From NCBI GenBank assembly GCA_020348925.1, contig CP070758.1, positions 4,711,775-4,775,774 of the forward strand: a stretch of 64,000 nucleotides of DNA. The letters are read 5' to 3'. Below the pieces are notes generated by a model that saw only the letters and a program-made list of their open reading frames with translations, searched no databases and was not told the origin of the DNA. Of the stretch, positions 39,409 through 49,785 are shown piece after piece. The translations under genes and the position numbers were made by a program. How positions within the stretch are numbered: position 1 is the stretch's first letter; each line of letters begins with the position of its first letter. The DNA is from Gemmatimonadota bacterium. Its GTDB lineage: Bacteria > JBHIER01 > G020348925.

Positions 39409-42393
39409 TTATTCTATCAATCCCGCCAACCTCGCCTTCGCGTCAATAAATTCCGGCAAATCCTCATCCGCATCCTTCCAAATGTCGAGGAATTTCTCGT
39501 ATTCGCTGATTGCTTTCAAATTTTGATCTGTCTCTTCGTACAATTTGGCAAGGCGATAGTGGTAAATTGGATGAATGAGGCGACAGTCTTTCCTGTCTGG
39601 ATTAAAATTGATCAACCTCACATATTCATCAATAGACTTGTTCTATTCACCCTTTTCAAAATAAGCGCGAGCTAAAATATCAACACAGAAAGGAATATTT
39701 TGGTAAATCAAGTATTTACTTAAAATGGCAGTAGGGGGAACTAAGGGGGATGCTTCTTCGAGTACAGCAATCGACTCATCGACTAAGTTTTGTGCAAGCA
39801 ATAGTTCACTCTTGAAAATGTTATGTTGATATATTGCCCTGTCTTTAGCTTGTGGAGTAACTTCAGACATATATAATTCCAACTTAGACAATTTTGTCAT
39901 CGCAGAATCAACCTGTCCCTGTTTGACATATATTTGCCCAAGAGACAAACACTTAGCAACCTCACGGTTTACAGACTCTGGATATTCTAAACGATGTTCT
40001 TCAAATGCGTTATTAAAATAACTGTATGCAAGGTCAGTCTGATCTCGGTCGAAATACATCCATCCTGTCAGTAACCCAATCTGGTAAATCAAGATCGTAT
40101 TTTCTTCTTTTTTTGCAAGCTTCATTGCCGTTTCAAGACTTTGGAGCGATGACGAGAAACGACCATATAAATATTCATAAACACCTTTCCATGCATACCC
40201 ATCATCTTTAAGTACAGGTTGCTGCACAATATCTATGTAATCGCCAATCCAATTCGTCGCCTCCTGATAATTTTCCTTTAAGGCATAGATGTATCCAATA
40301 CTACGATACGGTGGATAGAAATCAGACTTGATTTCAATTGCTTCCTTATATTTCTCTATCGCTTCATCAAACCTGCCCATTTTCCAATACATCTCACCTA
40401 TGCAATCATAAGGATTTGCGTCCCCAGGCGATATAGATGCATACCTTTCGAAATACTTGATAGCTTCTTCAAAATATTCCATACCCGCATATGCATAAGC
40501 AACGAAGCAAATGGCAATTCCATAGTCGGGATCAAGTTCTAAGGCCTTATTTCCCTCTTCTATTGCTTTATTTAATGGACCATTGTTCAAATACACATTA
40601 CTCAAATAATAATAAACCCTTTTTTCTTTTGGATATTTCTTCTCTATTTGTCTGAGAATGCGAATCTGCTTTTCAGTGTCTCCCTCTATGTAACCAGAAT
40701 ACAATGCTTCTATAAATAGTTTCTCTTTGTCGGTTGTTCTTTCAGAAAGAGCATTCGCTTTCTCATAAGCCTCAACACTTGCTTTAGTATTGCCCTGCAA
40801 ACTATGTGTCCATGCAAGATAAAGATATGCCATTGCAAAAGTTGAATCGATCTCTACTGCTTTTTCAAGAAAGTGTCTGGCATCATTATAATAGGTCATT
40901 TCAACGTTGTCTCTTCCTCTTAAGAAATTGTAATACGCTTCCAATGAGTTGGTCGTGAGATCGACAATTGGTCTTTGAATCTCTCCTGTCTTACTGTCAG
41001 ACAAACCCATTCCTCGGGAGATTTCCAAGCCCAATTCATCAATATGCTCCCCTAAGATACTTTCCTCTCCTCTACCTTTCAAGCTGGCGCTTTTCAAGAG
41101 TTTCTTCGAATTTACATCCAACACCTTCACGTCGGTGATGAACATTTCCCCGGCTTTGGCAAAACTTCCCAGAACAATGGTATTCACATCATCCATTCGG
41201 CACAGCTCAAAGCCGAGTTCGCTGTCTATGACTTCAACATCACCCTTATTCAATTGTTTTGCGAGATCACGCATCCGTTCCCATGTGTTGACCATGAACT
41301 GTGGAGATTGCTCCAGCTTGGTGATGAGGAGGTTAGGGATGACCTTCTGCAGGTAATCGTATGTAGGGTCTCCGGTTTGGTTTTCGAAGCTGATTACGGC
41401 GATGGGTATCCGTTCAGCTTCTTGAGATTGATCGAAAAGAAGAGGGCGAAATATGAAAAATGCCATTGCTATCAGAACAATAAGGCCGGTGGGAACCATA
41501 GTCTTCATCAATCTCTGTTTCTTCCGTTTTCTTTGAAGTGACTCTGGTGGTTGAATTGCACCAGTTGTTATGGACGCTTGCTTTACTTTTTTCAGATCAT
41601 CCAATAATTCACTCACATTCTGATACCGATCCTCTTTCTCCTTCTCCATTGCCCTGAGAATGATCCATTCAAGTTCCTGAGGAACACCTGTATTGAGGTC
41701 AGTGATGGTTTCAGGCGTTTCATTGATGATCGAATATATCACGGCCTGATCACTGTCGGCTTTGAAGGGTACTTTTCCGGTTAAAAGCTCATACAGGACC
41801 ACACCCAGAGACCAGATGTCGGACTGCTGGTCGACTTCCTTCCCGCGGGCCTGTTCAGGGGACATATAGGTCACAGTGCCCATGACGGTGCCCTCGGTGG
41901 TCAGTTTTGTTCGTCCTGTCAACCTGGCCAGCCCAAAATCGGTGATCTTGACCTGTCCCTTTTCCGTGACCATAATGTTGGCCGGTTTGATATCCCGGTG
42001 GATGATGCCTTTCTCGTGGGCGGCTTGCAACCCCTGGGCGATCTGGGTGGTATAGTCGATAGCCTCGTCTACAGATAGAGGCATGGCGCGCCGTGCCCCT
42101 ACAATATCATGTAATGATTGGCCCTCGATATACTCCATGACAATGAAAGTTTGACCGTCGGTCTCTTCTATCTCATGAATGGTGCAAATATTGGGATGGT
42201 TGAGAGCCGCAGCAGCCCGGGCTTCGTTGAGGAAACGTTCCTTGGCTGCGGAATCTTTGTTCAACTCGGGTGGAAGGAATTTGAGAGCGACGGTGCGTTT
42301 GAGTTTCGTATCCTCGGCCTTGTACACTACCCCCATACCACCCTCGCCAATTTTTTCGAGGATTTTATAATGTGAAATGGTTTTACCGATCAT
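39409..42393 (-). CDS. Membrane Ser/Thr protein kinase with TolB_N-like and TPR domains; in-frame TAG at 39643-39645 cuts off the last 78 codons
   Basis: GEGGMGVVY, VALKFL, HRDIKPAN, DFG, YMSPEQ, TM helix, TPRs. Reading continues in frame: AYFEKGE*NKSIDEYVRLINF...WKDAD...AKARLAGLIE. Confidence 0.9.
42076..42102 (-). repeat. GTAG-type REP palindrome inside the kinase coding sequence
   Basis: GTAGGGGCACGGCGCGCCATGCCTCTA, translated as VGARRAMPL. Confidence 0.7.
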
Positions 42394-42397
42394 ACCG

Positions 42398-44133
42398 TCA
42401 CTTCACTTCCGGATCGAAATTCTCTATAAGCCAGACATCAGATTGGGTTTCAATAACGGAACAGACCATTTTCTTCTTCCCCGGGTGCATGCTGATATAA
42501 GTAATATTTTTAAAAGGAAGAGTCATAAACGTCTTCACTTCACCTCCGCTTGAAGATATCATCAATATATCAGAGGAACAATCGGGCCAATTGAAGCTTT
42601 TGCAGAAGTAAATCCATTTTCCGTCCGTTGACCAGGCCAAAGGAACAGAAGGAGCTTCTGAGTGCAATAAATTTTGGGAAGTATCTTCCAGTGAAATAAT
42701 CCATAGACCCCGTCGTGACGTCTTCATTTCCCACCTGTTCCAATAGACAACTGCCTTTTTCGTGTCTGGAGAGAACTTTGGAAAGAACATCCAGCCGACA
42801 GAGTCATTTGGAACCAGGGGGCTTTCTTCCTCGGTATCCGGATCGAGGAAATGGAAATTGCGATTTCCAGGTCTCTGATAGAGAATTTTTTCGCAAGGTG
42901 ACCAATCAAAATAAAAATCCACAAAACTCAACTCACTTTTTAAAAAAGGACGAGGCGTTCCTCCCTCCAAAGAAATCCTCCACACCCTCGAAGTACCACC
43001 CTGATTTGAGCCAAAGGCGATCTCCCCCCCATCCGGAGACCAAACCGGTCCATTGCAATATGAATCGAAAAAAGTGAGCTGCTGAGTCTGACTCCCTTCA
43101 ATGGACATAATAGATATATTTGATTGAGAATAGTCTCCCTTACTGAACGCAACTTTTTCTCCGTCAGGGGAAATACTACTATTGAGGGCTAAGGAGGTAC
43201 CCGTGGTAAGTTGCTTGGTTTCTATCATCTCATTTTCATAGCTTACCAGCCAGAGATTGGAATACCTTTGCCTTCTCGTATATACCAGGTGTTTATTATC
43301 TCTGGAGATGGAAAAGCTCCTACCCGCCTGTAATCCTGTTTGAACGGTTTTTGGTAATCCTTTCGGTTTCCCTGAAGCTGGATCAACATCGATTTTCATC
43401 AAGTCTCTTGTCTGATCTTGTGAGTGGAAGTAATAAATAGCATCACCTCCATAAGACCAGCGGGGGGAGCTAATGGAAGTGCTGTCTTCAATAACCTTCT
43501 TTTGGTTATTCCCGTCAGTTCCTATGGTCCAAAGTGTATATACAGATCCTTCAGTGACAAATAAAAGGAGATGTCCTTTTGGAGACCAGTCAATATCCCG
43601 AAGCCAGGTAAAAGAGCCACTCAGAGGGATCGAGTTTGTATCACCTGTGGATGTATGTACGAACAAGATCCGTTTCCAAGGCAAATCGCTACAGGCAAAC
43701 CGAGAAGCATCATGAGACCAACTCAAAATACGAAAAAAACGTGACGGAGGAAAATGTTGAGGTGTTCCCCCAAGGCGAGGAAACATTAAACAACTGAGAG
43801 AAGTATCATTATTAGCTGATATGAGTAAGTCTGAACCATCAGGAGACCATTTTACATTATTGATTACCAAATCCTTATGAATTTCAATGGGCCGACCACC
43901 TGTAAGATCCTGGACAAAAACTTTTTCTTCTCCAGGATTCTCTGCTGAGATATATGCAATAAATTTTCCATCCGGAGAAATAGAGGGATGACGAATCTTG
44001 CCGCTAAAAGTGATCTGCTTATGTCTGGTTAATATTTGTTCTTTTGGTTGCTTTTTTATTATGAAATAAGTAAGGATAATAAGACTTAGTGTCAGAATCG
44101 CTGCGGCTCCGAATATAAGACTTCTACTCGCTG
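42398..44133 (-). CDS. TM helix + TolB/PD40 beta-propeller protein (probably the C-terminal part of another kinase); 5' end lost in gap
   Basis: ISPDGKFIAY, WSPDG repeats, terminal SDVWLIENFDP; ends 4 nt before the kinase start. Confidence 0.85.
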
Positions 44134-44233
44134 NNNNNNNNNNNNNNNNNNNNNNNNNNNNNNNNNNNNNNNNNNNNNNNNNNNNNNNNNNNNNNNNNNN
44201 NNNNNNNNNNNNNNNNNNNNNNNNNNNNNNNNN
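44134..44233. other. Assembly gap (100 N)
   Basis: Run of N. Confidence 1.
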
Positions 44234-44899
44234 CCCGGCCAATATCTTATCGATGACTTCACCCACCAGGATCCGTGGCGCATCTTCCGCATCATGGCCG
44301 AGTTCGTCGAGGGTTTTGAGGATCTGGCCTATCTGCCACCGGCCGTGTCCATATTCGGCTCTGCCCGGTCGAAAGAGGGTGACGATGACTACCGGAAAGC
44401 GGAGGAAATTGCCCGATTGCTCGTGAAAGAAGGATACTGCCTCATCACCGGTGGAGGTCCGGGCATCATGGAGGCTGCGAACAAGGGCGCATACGAAGCC
44501 GGGGGCGAGTCGGTCGGCATCAATATCGAGCTGCCCCTGGAACAGAAACCGAATAAATACCTGACGAAACTGATCAATTGCCGCTATTTCTTCGTGCGCA
44601 AAGTCATGTTCGTCAAATATGCCCAGGCTTTCATCATCATGCCCGGTGGCTTCGGCACCCTTGATGAGTTTTTCGAGTCGATCACCCTCATCCAGACCTT
44701 GAAAATCCTGCCCTTTCCGGTCATCCTCTTCGACAGCCAATTCTGGGCAGGTCTCATCGACTGGATAAAAGAAAAACTTCTTGCAGAGGATAAAATCTCC
44801 CAATCCGACAACGAGCTGTTTCATATTGTCGACGACGTTGAAAAAGTTGTCGAGATTATTACCTCCTTCAAACCACAGGAATTAACGAAAACCGTATGA
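44234..44899 (+). CDS. LOG family nucleotide phosphoribohydrolase, 5' truncated
   Basis: WRIFRIMAEFVEGF, FGSAR, TGGGPGIMEAAN, PGGFGTLDE; frame open back to the gap. Confidence 0.92.
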   Translation, partial: PGQYLIDDFTHQDPWRIFRIMAEFVEGFEDLAYLPPAVSIFGSARSKEGDDDYRKAEEIARLLVKEGYCLITGGGPGIMEAANKGAYEAGGESVGINIELPLEQKPNKYLTKLINCRYFFVRKVMFVKYAQAFIIMPGGFGTLDEFFESITLIQTLKILPFPVILFDSQFWAGLIDWIKEKLLAEDKISQSDNELFHIVDDVEKVVEIITSFKPQELTKTV

Positions 44900-44917
44900 A
44901 AAGAATCCGCCTCCGAT

Positions 44918-45865
44918 ATGACGAGCTCTTCAATTATTGACGTTTCAGGCATAAAGATCGGTCACGCCACACATGAGAGAGCCCTGACCGGCTGCACTGT
45001 CGTACTCTGTGAGGATGGAGCCGTGGCCGGTGTCGATGTGCGAGGTTCCGCCCCAGGCACACGGGAGACCGACTGTCTGCATCCCATCCACCATGTTCAA
45101 AAAGTTCATGCCGTCCTATTGACCGGAGGAAGCGCTTTCGGGTTGGCCGCTGCGGATGGTGTCATGCGTTTTCTGGAGGAGAGAAATATCGGTCTCAAAA
45201 TTCGGTCCGTGTGTGTGCCTATTGTTCCCACCGCCGTCATCTTCGATCTCTTCGTCGGTGACGGCACCGTGCGACCGGACAAGGAGATGGGCTACCAAGC
45301 CTGTCTGGTAGCGACCGATAAGGAGGTGGTGGTAGGAAATGTTGGGGCGGGAACCGGCGCAACCGTTGGAAAGATTAAGGGTTACGAGTACGCCATGAAG
45401 GGAGGAGTCGGTACAGCAAGTGAGACGTTAGATAATGGAATCATCATAGGTGTCATCACTGTGGTCAACCCCCTGGGAGACGTGATCGATCCCACGACAG
45501 GCGAGATCATCGCCGGTGCGAGAGATCGTGAGACAGGGAGATTTCTCGACACTGTAAAAGTGATGACGAAACAATACGATGAAACCATCCTGGCCGCCGC
45601 GAACACCACCTTGAGCGTCGTAGCGACCAACGCGGCCTTATCGAAGGTCCAGGCCACCAAAGTGGCCCAGATGGCCCAAAACGGTCTGGCCCGAACCATC
45701 AGACCCTGTCATACTATGGTCGATGGGGATACGATTTTTGCCCTGTCGCTCGGAGATAAAAAGGCGGATACCTCAGTCATTGGCACTGTAGCTGCCGAGG
45801 TTGTTGCCAAGTCAGTTCTCCAAGCCGTAAGAGAAGCCAACAAAGACGGTCAATTCTACTCGTAA
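44918..45865 (+). CDS. P1/S58 (DmpA/ThnT-like) self-processing peptidase
   Basis: GSAPGTRET, GGSAFGL, GNVGAGTGA, NTT cleavage motif, DGD. Confidence 0.9.
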   Translation: MTSSSIIDVSGIKIGHATHERALTGCTVVLCEDGAVAGVDVRGSAPGTRETDCLHPIHHVQKVHAVLLTGGSAFGLAAADGVMRFLEERNIGLKIRSVCVPIVPTAVIFDLFVGDGTVRPDKEMGYQACLVATDKEVVVGNVGAGTGATVGKIKGYEYAMKGGVGTASETLDNGIIIGVITVVNPLGDVIDPTTGEIIAGARDRETGRFLDTVKVMTKQYDETILAAANTTLSVVATNAALSKVQATKVAQMAQNGLARTIRPCHTMVDGDTIFALSLGDKKADTSVIGTVAAEVVAKSVLQAVREANKDGQFYS

Positions 45866-45887
45866 ACTTCCTTCAGAACAATTGAGG

Positions 45888-46844
45888 ATGAGATCCTTTA
45901 TTTTCGCTCTCGTTTTGCTGAGTACAGGATTGTTCATTTTCGGTTGTCAAGAAAAAATTGAAATTGTACAGCCTTCTACGGGAGGTTACCGTTGTGTGGG
46001 TCAATGGGGTGGATACGGATCAGGTCTGGGTTCCTTTAAAACACCAAAATCGGTCGCAGTCGGATCCGAAAATAACATTTTTGTAGTGGATGAGGGGAAT
46101 AATCGTATTCAAAAATTCTCAAGGGATGGTGAGTTTTTAATGTGCTGGGGAGAACGTGGGGGGGAAGTGGGTCAATTTTTACGTCCGGTGTCTGTTGCCG
46201 CGGACAGGAACGGCTTCGTCTATGTGGCTGATTCGGACCATCACAGTATAAAAAAATTTCAGGATGACGGAACCTTTACGACACAGTGGGGAGAGCAGGG
46301 CCAGGGGGAGGGTCAATTTTGCTACCCCAGAGGAATCACCCTTTTTGGAGACGGAACGGTATATGTCGCGGACAGGAGAAACCACCGGGTTCAAAAGTTC
46401 GATTCCGAGGGCCGTTTTCTAAAAAAATGGGGATCGGAAGGGAGAGGCGACGGACAGTTTAACGAGCCGGTGGATATAGCCACCGATGATACCGGGTACG
46501 TGTATGTCTTGGATTCGAACAACAGTCGCATCCAGAAGTTCGATGCCCAGGGAAATTTTCTAGGAAAATGGGGTGGTTATGGCTCGGGCTCTGTCACATT
46601 TCCGTGGGCTCTGGGATTGGCCTGCGATGATGAGGATTTTCTGTACCTGGCCGATACGAACAATCACCGGATTCAAAAATTCGACACTTCTGGAAATCCC
46701 ATCGCGTGGTGGGGGGGTCGTGGAACGGATGAGGGCTGGTTCTATTTTCCAAACGATGTAGCCGTTGATGCTCAAGGCTTCGTCTACGTTGCCGATACGG
46801 AGAATCACCGAATTCAGAAATTTGAACCCATCGAGCGGTTCTGA
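45888..46844 (+). CDS. NHL-repeat six-bladed beta-propeller lipoprotein
   Basis: Lipobox IFGC; six YVADxxNHRIQKF-type repeats. Confidence 0.9.
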   Translation: MRSFIFALVLLSTGLFIFGCQEKIEIVQPSTGGYRCVGQWGGYGSGLGSFKTPKSVAVGSENNIFVVDEGNNRIQKFSRDGEFLMCWGERGGEVGQFLRPVSVAADRNGFVYVADSDHHSIKKFQDDGTFTTQWGEQGQGEGQFCYPRGITLFGDGTVYVADRRNHRVQKFDSEGRFLKKWGSEGRGDGQFNEPVDIATDDTGYVYVLDSNNSRIQKFDAQGNFLGKWGGYGSGSVTFPWALGLACDDEDFLYLADTNNHRIQKFDTSGNPIAWWGGRGTDEGWFYFPNDVAVDAQGFVYVADTENHRIQKFEPIERF

Positions 46845-46869
46845 GAAAAAGAATACTCTCTCAGCAGGT

Positions 46870-47502
46870 TTAATTTGCACTCATGGCGTAAGCACTGGAA
46901 GACCAAGCCGGAATATCAGTCGAGGCGGAGAACTCCCCATCCTGTTCCAGAATCTCTTTCAATTTCTCCTTGGCGCGAAAAAGGTGGGTTTTCACCGTCC
47001 CTAATGGCAAATCCAGAGTATTGGCGATTTCATCGTAAGCCAGGCCATGCATGTGTCTGAGGTTTACGACCTCGCTGTACTGGGGAGGCAAAGTTGAGAC
47101 CATGCTGCGAATTCGCTCCCGGAACCGCTTCCATTCGAAATTTGCCTCCGGCGTGTTGTCGGAGTCGGCCAAATAGGCGGGAGAGAACCTCTGCTCCTCG
47201 TCGTTCGCCTCGATGGATACCGTCTCCGGATTGACCTTTCTGAGTCGGTTGAGACAGACGTTGGATACAATGCGATACAGCCATGTCGTGAATTTCGACT
47301 CTCCCCGAAATCGAGGGAGAGCCTGATAAACGCGTAAAAAGACATCCTGGGCTATATCCTCTGCTTCCTCCTCATCTCCGACTATCCGGTAGGCGCAGCC
47401 CAGGACCATCCTCTTGTGACGGTCGACTAATATGGAGAAGGCTTCGTGATCATTTTTGCGACAACGGGCGACCAGCTCGGTATCGGTCAGATCGGAAATC
47501 AT
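46870..47502 (-). CDS. ECF sigma-70 factor (RpoE/SigW-like)
   Basis: AEDIAQDVF, FTTWLYRI, YDEIANTLDLPLGTVKTHLFRA. Confidence 0.93.
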   Translation of the reverse strand: MISDLTDTELVARCRKNDHEAFSILVDRHKRMVLGCAYRIVGDEEEAEDIAQDVFLRVYQALPRFRGESKFTTWLYRIVSNVCLNRLRKVNPETVSIEANDEEQRFSPAYLADSDNTPEANFEWKRFRERIRSMVSTLPPQYSEVVNLRHMHGLAYDEIANTLDLPLGTVKTHLFRAKEKLKEILEQDGEFSASTDIPAWSSSAYAMSAN

Positions 47503-47595
47503 AACTCACCTCCATCTGAAAAACTGTTATGTCGATTCTCGCTCATCACGATTACAAAAATGACCACAGGAATTCGTTCTTCAAACCGTTTTTCA

Positions 47596-47645
47596 ACGAG
47601 TGGTTCGATCTCTCGATGAACGGTCGAACGGTGGGAGTGAATGGT
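47596..47645 (-). promoter_or_regulatory. LytTR-type direct-repeat binding sites upstream of the ECF sigma gene
   Basis: ACCATTCAC-N12-ACCGTTCAT-N11-ACCACTCGT on the minus strand. Confidence 0.65.
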
Positions 47646-47693
47646 GGCAATTGTCAAGGGGGGAATGGAGCAGAAAGTTCTCAGGAACTGCTA

Positions 47694-48443
47694 TTACCAG
47701 GGGAAAATCTCTTTGAGGCTCTTAACCCTCCTTCTGCTCAGAGTCAGCTCTGTTTTCTCCCTGTCCTTCATGACAACCTTGTATTGTCCTGCAAACCAGG
47801 GGACGATCTCCACGACATGATTGAGATTAATGATGGAAGATCGATGGATTCGGAAGAAAATTTGAGGATCGAGTTTCTCTTCCAGTTCCGCCAGGGTATC
47901 ATTGATGAGATACCGGTTCTCTTTCGTGTAGACAAAATTGAGGGTTTCTTCAGCGCCGATCCAGACAACATCTTTGATATCTAAAAAAATGATTCTCTTC
48001 CCTTTGCGCACAGGAATCCGAGTCAAGTATTTTTTCTCTTCCTCAACGAGCTTGAGAAGGTCCTCAATCTTCGACTCGAAATCACTCTTCAGATATCCCT
48101 TGGCCCGCTCCAGGGAGTCCTTCAATCTTTGCTTGCTGAAGGGTTTCAACAGGTAATCTATAGAGTTCACTTCAAAGGCTTGAATGGCATACTGATCGTA
48201 TGCGGTGGCAAAAATGACAAGGGGTGGTTCCGAAAGAGCTTTGATCACCTCAAATCCATCCATCTCAGGCATCTGAATATCCAAAATAACGAGATCCGGT
48301 TTTTTTTCGTTAATCTCTCGGACAGCATCGGTGCCGTTGTCTGCCTCACCAATAATCTCTATGTCAGGATTGTCCTTGAGATATTGTTTCACTTTCAGAC
48401 GAGCAGGCGCCTCGTCGTCAACGATGATGGTTCTCATGCTCAT
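47694..48443 (-). CDS. LytTR family response regulator
   Basis: VDDE, LDIQMP, ATAYD, YLLKP, FFRIHRS motifs. Confidence 0.95.
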   Translation of the reverse strand: MSMRTIIVDDEAPARLKVKQYLKDNPDIEIIGEADNGTDAVREINEKKPDLVILDIQMPEMDGFEVIKALSEPPLVIFATAYDQYAIQAFEVNSIDYLLKPFSKQRLKDSLERAKGYLKSDFESKIEDLLKLVEEEKKYLTRIPVRKGKRIIFLDIKDVVWIGAEETLNFVYTKENRYLINDTLAELEEKLDPQIFFRIHRSSIINLNHVVEIVPWFAGQYKVVMKDREKTELTLSRRRVKSLKEIFPW

Positions 48444-49530
48444 TCTTCGCCTCCAATCGGTTTCTCGGTATAGTGAGAATAAATGTCGTCCCCTGGCCCT
48501 CGGTACTTTCGATAGCCACACCGCTGCTCTCTTTGTAAAGATTGAGTAATCGTTCGTTCACATTCTTCAGACCTCGCCCCGACCGCAAGACCACATCCAA
48601 CTTCTCCTTCGGTATTCCTGTTCCATCATCGGAGATCTTTATGTGACAATATTCGTCTTCGCATGTCGTCGCAATGGTTATGGTACCGCCTGTTTTACGA
48701 TGACCGATACCATGCCTCAAGGCATTTTCTACGATGGGTTGGAGCAGTAATGTCGGTACCCTCACCCTCTGACTCTCAGGATCGATGCTCCTTTCTACCT
48801 GCAATCGGTCCCCGAAGCGTGCCCTCTCAATTCTCAGATAGACATCTAAAAATTGAAGTTCCTCTCGAAGCGGGACGAACTCCCTCTCCGCCGTTTCCAA
48901 CGTGTATCTGAAGAGGTCGGCCAGATCGTGAACGGTCTCCTCGGCCTTCTCCTGATCGATGGGAATAAGGGCAGCGATCGTATTCAAGGTGTTGAAGAAA
49001 AAGTGAGGATTGATTTGGGCTTTGAGCGCTTTCAGCTCGGAGAGTGCGGTCAATTCCCGCAATTTCTCCTCGATATCGCGACGCATTTCAAGCTCCATAT
49101 AACTCCCTTCCAGCTCTCTCCGCATTCGCTCATAGGAATAGATGATGGAGCCGACAATGAGGGCCATGAGCCCATCGATGGCAATGATGAAGAATGTAAA
49201 ATCGCTCTGAAACAGCACGAACCACGGATTGGCTAAGAATACCACCACTGTTCCAAGAACACCCCCCGCGATGAGGGTTAAGGCTCTGAGCACAATGCCG
49301 AGGACACCAGGGAGGGAACGATAGAGAGGAAGAATATACATGGCCGACAGTCCGCTCGTAAAACCGACCGCGTTGCCGAAGAGGACACTGACGAAGATAA
49401 TCTGACCGATGACTCTCCCCGTCAGATAGAGGCTGATGATAAGGCCCAGGGCACCACCGATGGTGGTATTGGCAACACACCACAGAATGATTTTTCTTAC
49501 TGTCAACCCTTTTCTGCGTTTCGAAGCCAT
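48418..49530 (-). CDS. LytS/YehU-type sensor histidine kinase
   Basis: Four TM helices, LKAQINPHFFFNTLN, LQPIVENA, DDGTG, GLKNV. Confidence 0.93.
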   Translation of the reverse strand: MASKRRKGLTVRKIILWCVANTTIGGALGLIISLYLTGRVIGQIIFVSVLFGNAVGFTSGLSAMYILPLYRSLPGVLGIVLRALTLIAGGVLGTVVVFLANPWFVLFQSDFTFFIIAIDGLMALIVGSIIYSYERMRRELEGSYMELEMRRDIEEKLRELTALSELKALKAQINPHFFFNTLNTIAALIPIDQEKAEETVHDLADLFRYTLETAEREFVPLREELQFLDVYLRIERARFGDRLQVERSIDPESQRVRVPTLLLQPIVENALRHGIGHRKTGGTITIATTCEDEYCHIKISDDGTGIPKEKLDVVLRSGRGLKNVNERLLNLYKESSGVAIESTEGQGTTFILTIPRNRLEAKNEHENHHR

Positions 49531-49664
49531 AATGGTTAAAATTAAAACTCAAAATGCGAAAAAGTCAAATACTTTTCGTCTGAAGCGAGCGTGTCTCCCA
49601 ATAATAGGATCACAATGGATCTTTTAAAAAAGACTGTCATGCATTGTCGACCACAAGATTTCAG

Positions 49665-49693
49665 TTGACATGTCATTCAGAAAGAAATATTAT
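49665..49693 (+). promoter_or_regulatory. Sigma70 promoter for the S8 peptidase
   Basis: TTGACA-N17-TATTAT. Confidence 0.55.
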
Positions 49694-49785
49694 TATTATC
49701 CGAAAAGACCGATTGCCACAAATGTGTGTTTCTGGATGATTCTGAAATCATGGAAGAATTCCATAGGTTGCGTAAAGGAGATACG

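Noticed and set aside
7822-42393. Genome-wide stop-codon reassignment, selenocysteine or pyrrolysine
   Set aside because: TAG and TGA end many genes here at their natural C-termini (bcp, FDR and the GRE end in TAG; the glutaredoxin ends in TGA). Both internal stops are one base from Leu codons at non-catalytic sites, and no sel or pyl genes or convincing SECIS were seen.
42398-44824. 808-aa ORF with an unusual N-terminus
   Set aside because: The N-terminal part is the antisense of the LOG gene across the gap.
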